Positions 27,159 to 32,000 of a stretch of 32,000 nucleotides of DNA are shown here, one piece after another. The stretch comes from Synechocystis sp. PCC 6803 substr. PCC-P (GTDB lineage Bacteria > Cyanobacteriota > Cyanobacteriia > Cyanobacteriales > Microcystaceae): the NCBI RefSeq assembly GCF_000284455.1, contig NC_017039.1, forward strand, positions 1,950,001-1,982,000, in the 5' to 3' direction. Within the stretch, counting starts at the first letter, position 1, and every line of letters begins with the position of its first letter. The position numbers and the translations under genes were made by a program. The notes under the pieces were generated by a model that was not told where the DNA came from, did no database searches, and worked only from the letters and a program-made list of their open reading frames with translations.

Positions 27159-28067
27159 CTAATCAGTGCCCAAATGGCGACTTTCCATGGCTAGGGGCAA
27201 AAAAATGGGTAGCTCCCAGGGGGCTTCCGCCACCGGAATGTTAGCGTTCTCAAAGGCTTGTACCGTTTGCTCAACGCTGGTTAGAAGGGGACGTTTATGG
27301 GACAGTTGGTTGGCCACAATGGTGAGGGAATCGCCAAAGTGTCGTTTGATTTTTGCGCCCCGTCCTGCCAAATAGGCCACCACTGGTTTTTCAATGGCCG
27401 AGGCCACATAATCCGCCGCCCGCATTTCCCCGTTACTGTTGGGTTGCCCCAGCAATAAAATAGTTGCCGTTTGTTCGTCTTCTTCTAGCACCTGGAGCCA
27501 TTGCTCAAAGTTGGAACCATTGAGGCCGTCGGTGCCTAGACTGATCACCATGGATTGTCCCAAGCCAGCGGCGCTTAAGGTTTGGGCTATGTCGTCGGTG
27601 AGGCGATCGCAGTGGCTAATAATGCCGATGGGCCCGGGTAGATAGCAATTGGGGTCGAGGGTGCCGACGGAAAACTGTTGGGGGATCATAATGCCTTGAC
27701 TACCGGAACCAAGGATCAGGGTGTGGGTAGCTTGGGCTTCCCGCAGGAGAGTAATCATATCCAGGGGGGGGACTCCAGCGGACACAATTACTAGTTGACG
27801 AATGCCTGCGGCGATCGCCTCTAGGGCCGCATCCAAAACTCGGTAGGGGGGATTGAGAATTAAGCTAATGTCCACGGGGCCGACGGTTTTAACGGCTAAA
27901 TCCACCAAATCAAATACCGGCAAATCCCCAATTAGTTCTCCCCCATGGCCTGGACTTACCCCCGCCACCAGCTTGGTCCCACAGCTCCGCATCTGTTCCA
28001 GGTAGGTTAAACCGAGGGGATGATGTACTCCTTGTAGTAATACTTTGCTCTCTTTATGCCATTTCAT
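27159..28067 (-). CDS. Succinyl-CoA synthetase alpha-subunit-like protein (SucD-like)
   Basis: 'TYLEQMRSCGTKLVAGVSPGHGGELIGDLPVFDLVDLAV', 'IVIVSAGVP'-like segment and 'PGPIGIISHCDRLTDDIA' follow the SucD layout. Confidence 0.75.
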   Translation of the reverse strand: MKWHKESKVLLQGVHHPLGLTYLEQMRSCGTKLVAGVSPGHGGELIGDLPVFDLVDLAVKTVGPVDISLILNPPYRVLDAALEAIAAGIRQLVIVSAGVPPLDMITLLREAQATHTLILGSGSQGIMIPQQFSVGTLDPNCYLPGPIGIISHCDRLTDDIAQTLSAAGLGQSMVISLGTDGLNGSNFEQWLQVLEEDEQTATILLLGQPNSNGEMRAADYVASAIEKPVVAYLAGRGAKIKRHFGDSLTIVANQLSHKRPLLTSVEQTVQAFENANIPVAEAPWELPIFLPLAMESRHLGTD

Positions 28068-28171
28068 GGGGGGATTATTAAAGGAAAACTGTGGCTTGAT
28101 GCCCTACTCCGCAGCTATCGGGGTCAACCAGTCCAAGCTTCACTGTATCGTCAACCAGAGCAAAATGTCCC

Positions 28172-29221
28172 TTAAGGTTTAGTTAACCTTTGTCCCGATT
28201 GTCTGTCCCAAAGGGGGACTTGGGCCAGTTGGGTCAGATTGGCGGCATCACAACAAAAGGCGGCGATTTGCAGTTCCCTTAGCCGTGCCTGGTAATGGTC
28301 ATAAACCCTTTGGGCGTTGATTTTCGCTTCTGCTAATACCGGTGCCGCACTACCCACCAGGGTGGCCCCCAGGGCGATCGCCTTGGCCCCGTCAATGCCG
28401 GAACGAATGCCGCCGCTGGCGAAAACCAGGATCTGCTCAGTATTTTGCACTACCTGTTGCAAACTCCAGGCTGTGGGTAATCCCCAATCGGCAAAGTTAT
28501 GGGCCACTTCCTTCGCTTGGCGATCGGTTTGTCGATGGGCTTCCACTTCACTCCAACTGGTGCCCCCAGCTCCAGCCACATCGATCGCCCCGACCCCACA
28601 TTCCTGCAATCTTTTGGCCACCGGACCGCTAATGCCATTGCCCACTTCTTTGACAATTACCGGCACTTCCAAAGCCTCTACTAAAGCTTCTAACTTAGAC
28701 CAGAGTCCCGACCACAGGCGATCGCCATCGGGTTGCACCGCTTCCTGGAGGGGATTGAGATGCAAAATCAGCGCATCGGCTTCAATCATATCCACCGCCC
28801 GCTGGGCTTGCTCCAAACCGTAACCGTAATTTAATTGCACTAATCCCAGGTTGGCAAAAAGTAAAATATCTGGGGCGACGGAGCGGACTTGATAGGTGAA
28901 GGCTAAATCAGGATTTTCAATGGCGGCCCGTTGGGAACCCAAACCCATGGCGATGCCCAAAGCCTGGGCCACCTCGGCTAAAAATAGATTAATTTGCTTG
29001 GCCTCTGGCGTGCCGCCGGTCATACTGCTGATCAACCAAGGGTAAGTCAAGGATTTACCCCAGAGGGTCAGTCCCAAATCCACTGCATCCAGATCCACCG
29101 CAGGAAGAGCGCAGTGTTCCAGCATCAATCTTTCAAAGCCGGTGGAAATGCCTTTGCCCACCACATCTTCTTCTAGGACAATGCGGATATGATCGGACTT
29201 ACGGTGGGGGGTGCTATCCAT
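28172..29221 (-). CDS. fni: Type 2 isopentenyl-diphosphate delta-isomerase (FMN-dependent)
   Basis: 'RKSDHIRIVLEEDV', 'PWLISSMTGGTPEAKQINLFLAEVAQ', 'GMGLGSQRAAIE'-like, 'VIVKEVGNGISGPVAKRLQECGVGAIDVAGAGGTSW'. Confidence 0.95.
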   Translation of the reverse strand: MDSTPHRKSDHIRIVLEEDVVGKGISTGFERLMLEHCALPAVDLDAVDLGLTLWGKSLTYPWLISSMTGGTPEAKQINLFLAEVAQALGIAMGLGSQRAAIENPDLAFTYQVRSVAPDILLFANLGLVQLNYGYGLEQAQRAVDMIEADALILHLNPLQEAVQPDGDRLWSGLWSKLEALVEALEVPVIVKEVGNGISGPVAKRLQECGVGAIDVAGAGGTSWSEVEAHRQTDRQAKEVAHNFADWGLPTAWSLQQVVQNTEQILVFASGGIRSGIDGAKAIALGATLVGSAAPVLAEAKINAQRVYDHYQARLRELQIAAFCCDAANLTQLAQVPLWDRQSGQRLTKP

Positions 29222-29392
29222 CAGTGAATTACATTACAAATACCGGCAAGCAATTTTGCCATCAACTGGAGGGAGTGGAGCAATAACTTAAAAATAACCC
29301 AGGATTAAGGTGGGGGCATATTGTGGTGGTGCTGCTAGGAAAAACCAAAAAACATTAGGGATTTCGATTTCAGTACTATTGCCCTTGGAGTC

Positions 29393-30499
29393 TTAAATGG
29401 AGTCTGATTCCCAGCCCTGGATAGTAATGGTGGTGCCTTCCCCGGGGACACTGGCGATCGCCAATTTTCCACCGTAGAGTTCCGTCAGTCGTTGAGCTAA
29501 GGTCAACCCCAGCCCAGAACCCTGTTGCTCAAATTCGTGACGCCGGAACTGTACATGGGCACCGATGGAATTTAATTCTTCTTTGGCCATGCCCCTACCA
29601 TGGTCTCGGATGGTCAAGTGACAGGTGCCATTTTTAGCCACGGCTTCCAGTTGCACCAGGGTACCAGGTAGTGAAAACTTAAAAGCATTGTCCAGCAATT
29701 CTTGAACAATTTTCTGAAAATCTGGCTCCGCCACCTGGACCCGCTGGGGCACAATCATCATTTCCACATCCTGACGGCGGGGTTGATTCTGTCCCAAATT
29801 CTCCAACACCAGAGCCAAGCTCAATGGCAGTTCGGTGTATTGACTCAACCGGGATTGCCACACCTCCAGGCGGGTGGGGCTGGCCAAGAGTAGGTCCAAA
29901 TCTGCCATCAACAAAAAATTCTCCACCAAACGATGGAGTCTCTCCCCAGAGGTTTTGATGTCATGCAACGATTCCATCACTTCATTGTGGGAGAGGGAAT
30001 CATAGAAATTAATCAGCAACTGGGACGTCCCCAAAATCCCGTTTAGGGGGGTCAATAATTCATGGGGCAGGGAACGGGTAACTTGTTGGCGCAGATTATC
30101 CAGGCGGCTTTCCACCATGGCCTGGCGCTGATAATGGCGGTCCAAACGGGTGGTGATGGCATGGAGCAGTTCATCGATGGTGAAGGGTTTGGTTAAATAA
30201 TCATCTGCCCCCAATTCCATGCCCTGGCGGAATGCGTGGTGGTCTGCCTTTGCTGTTAAAAGAATAAAAGGAATAACCGCCAAGTTGGGGTCCTGGCGTA
30301 GGGACATCAATACTTCAAATCCCGTCACCCTGGGCATCATCACATCACAGAGAATTAAGTCCGGCAGATGTTGCTTCGCCAAAGCCAGACCAGTTTCACC
30401 ATCGGGGGCAGAAATAACTTCGTAGTCTTCCAGGGAGAGAATGTCCTCTATATTCTGCCTAACCTCTAGTTGGTCTTCAATTATCAAAATTTTGGGCAT
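29393..30499 (-). CDS. Two-component hybrid: N-terminal receiver domain plus histidine kinase
   Basis: 'KILIIEDQLEVRQNIEDIL...DLILCDVMMPRVTGFEVL...ILLTAKAD...GADDYLTKPF'; H-box 'SLPHELLTPLNGILGTSQLL'; ATPase 'LLDNAFKFSLPG', 'GRGM', 'GSGLGLTLAQRLTELYGG'. Confidence 0.95.
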   Translation of the reverse strand: MPKILIIEDQLEVRQNIEDILSLEDYEVISAPDGETGLALAKQHLPDLILCDVMMPRVTGFEVLMSLRQDPNLAVIPFILLTAKADHHAFRQGMELGADDYLTKPFTIDELLHAITTRLDRHYQRQAMVESRLDNLRQQVTRSLPHELLTPLNGILGTSQLLINFYDSLSHNEVMESLHDIKTSGERLHRLVENFLLMADLDLLLASPTRLEVWQSRLSQYTELPLSLALVLENLGQNQPRRQDVEMMIVPQRVQVAEPDFQKIVQELLDNAFKFSLPGTLVQLEAVAKNGTCHLTIRDHGRGMAKEELNSIGAHVQFRRHEFEQQGSGLGLTLAQRLTELYGGKLAIASVPGEGTTITIQGWESDSI

Positions 30500-31076
30500 G
30501 GGTTGCGCTTAAAAAATGATGTTGTAGATAATTCTGACCTTTCTCCATTATTTTCCTACCTCATGTCTCTTTGCTCACCATGATTTTTTTGTTAGGGGAG
30601 TTTTCTGGGCGGCAGAATATCAGGCGATCGCCAAACTCAGTTGTGCCCTCAAGTGAGCAGCAGTAATGAAGTCAAATTCCATACTAGGCGGCGGTAAAAA
30701 GGACTTGAATCAAGTTTTTGGGAGTAGGGGAGCAACTTTAAGAAGAGATTACGGAAAATTTAAGGAAAATAAGATTTAAAGAAAATCTAGAAACCCCAGG
30801 AAATTTTAAGATTATTCATAACTGTCGATTGTGCTTCTATTATCTATCCATATGATCCAGAAAGGGGAATTGGGTCAAGCTCTTTTCCCTAGAACCACTC
30901 CCAGGAGCAGGGATATGTAAAGAATTGTTTTGGGAAAGTCGGGGGGAGGGGGAGGACGCAGAATAAAGCTGGTAGAATTTGGCGTTAAGTGGGCTGGGTT
31001 GTTGCCTGGGGCTTCCTCGGGACACCAGCAAACGGGATAGTTTTTTACAAATCGCAATTATCTAAGGAATTAAATC

Positions 31077-31301
31077 ATGGCCTTAAATCGTGGTGACAAA
31101 GTTAGAATCAAACGCACTGAGTCCTACTGGTACGGTGATGTTGGCACGGTTGCTAGTGTGGAGAAAAGCGGCATTCTCTATCCGGTGATTGTGCGCTTCG
31201 ACCGGGTGAACTACAACGGTTTCAGCGGTAGTGCTTCCGGGGTAAACACCAACAACTTTGCCGAAAATGAATTGGAATTGGTGCAAGCGGCGGCAAAATA
31301 G
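31077..31301 (+). CDS. psaE: Photosystem I reaction centre subunit IV
   Basis: '[74 protein letters not shown]' (PsaE). Confidence 0.99.
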   Translation: MALNRGDKVRIKRTESYWYGDVGTVASVEKSGILYPVIVRFDRVNYNGFSGSASGVNTNNFAENELELVQAAAK

Positions 31302-31335
31302 TCTTGACTGTGGACTAAATTTGCATTGTTGAACT

Positions 31336-32000
31336 GTGCCAGAACTACCAGAAGTTGAAACAGTATGCCGGGGGCTCAATCGTTTGACCCTGGAGCAGAC
31401 CATCGGGGGAGGGGAAGTGTTGCTTGATCGCAGTCTTGCCTACCCCGTTTCTGTTGAGGATTTTCAGAAGCAAATTACCGGTTGTCGTTTGGTGGGCTGG
31501 CAACGGCGGGGAAAGTATTTGCTGGGGGAACTTAGAAGCAATCAAGCCCCAGGGCCGGCGGGATGGTTGGGATGCCATTTACGTATGACAGGGCAGTTAC
31601 TCTGGACAGAACGGGATCAGCAGAGACCACGACACACTAGGGTGGTGCTCCACTTTGAGGGCGGGTGGGAGTTACGTTTTGTGGATACCCGCACCTTTGG
31701 CAAAGTCTGGCTCCTACCAGGCGATCGCCCTTGGGCTGAAGTAATGACGGGGCTGGGACAGTTGGGGCCAGAACCCTTTGGGGCGGATTTTACGGCGGAA
31801 TATCTCTACGAAAAGCTGAAATCCAGTCGCCGCCCTTTAAAAAATGCCCTGCTGGATCAACGGTTGGTGGCAGGCTTGGGTAATATTTATGCCGATGAAG
31901 TCTTATTTTTTTGCGGCTTCCATCCCACCATGGCGAGTAATCAGGTGAGTTTGCAGGACTGTGAACTGATACATCAACAAATTCAAGCCACTTTAACAGC
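31336..32000 (+). CDS. mutM: Formamidopyrimidine-DNA glycosylase, GTG start, 3' end outside window
   Basis: From GTG at 31336: 'VPELPEVETVCRGLNRLTLEQTIGG...GCHLRMTGQLLW...RFVDTRTFGKVWL...LLDQRLVAGLGNIYADEVLF'. Missing from the ORF track. Confidence 0.95.
   Translation, partial: MPELPEVETVCRGLNRLTLEQTIGGGEVLLDRSLAYPVSVEDFQKQITGCRLVGWQRRGKYLLGELRSNQAPGPAGWLGCHLRMTGQLLWTERDQQRPRHTRVVLHFEGGWELRFVDTRTFGKVWLLPGDRPWAEVMTGLGQLGPEPFGADFTAEYLYEKLKSSRRPLKNALLDQRLVAGLGNIYADEVLFFCGFHPTMASNQVSLQDCELIHQQIQATLT

Noticed and set aside
28317-28823. 168-aa plus-strand ORF opposite fni
   Set aside because: Ala/Ser/Pro-rich antisense frame over a confidently identified gene.
1-32000. CRISPR array, tRNA or rRNA genes, retron or prophage structural genes
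   Set aside because: No regularly spaced repeats, clover-leaf-like or rRNA segments, reverse transcriptase, or phage structural proteins could be recognised by eye.

Overview
The window is a cyanobacterial chromosome segment. Gene content and order match a Synechocystis close to PCC 6803; this is inferred from recognised proteins, since no database search was run. The backbone, left to right: gghA (5'-truncated), glpK, a SpoU/TrmH methyltransferase, a DUF760 protein, hypA, a DUF4079-like membrane protein, an LpxB-like protein, rplU, rpmA, a VanX-like dipeptidase, cimA (-), bifunctional putA (-), a PLP aminotransferase historically called 'soluble hydrogenase 42 kDa subunit' (-), an FHA protein, a 2Fe-2S ferredoxin (-), a HEAT-repeat protein, an NDP-sugar pyrophosphorylase (-), a SucD-like protein (-), fni/idi2 (-), a REC-histidine kinase (-), psaE and mutM (GTG start, runs off the window). 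Two accessory zones interrupt it. Zone A (~10.4-15.0 kb) holds decayed genes: a DUF29 gene with one nonsense codon, and an ABC-ATPase N-terminus abutting a Nudix C-terminus. Next to them is an apparently intact two-gene minus-strand operon: a small HEPN-like protein, then a ~926-aa protein carrying a KGGVGRT P-loop domain and a second P-loop NTPase domain. The two genes overlap as TAATG. This is the best candidate for an undescribed or poorly described conflict/defence-type system. Zone B (~18.2-22.5 kb) holds a predicted secreted protein of unknown function, then an IS701-like element interrupted by an IS4-like element with a 9-bp target duplication, next to an IS1-like remnant. Both zones lack the HIP1 octamer GCGATCGC, which is common in the flanking genes.
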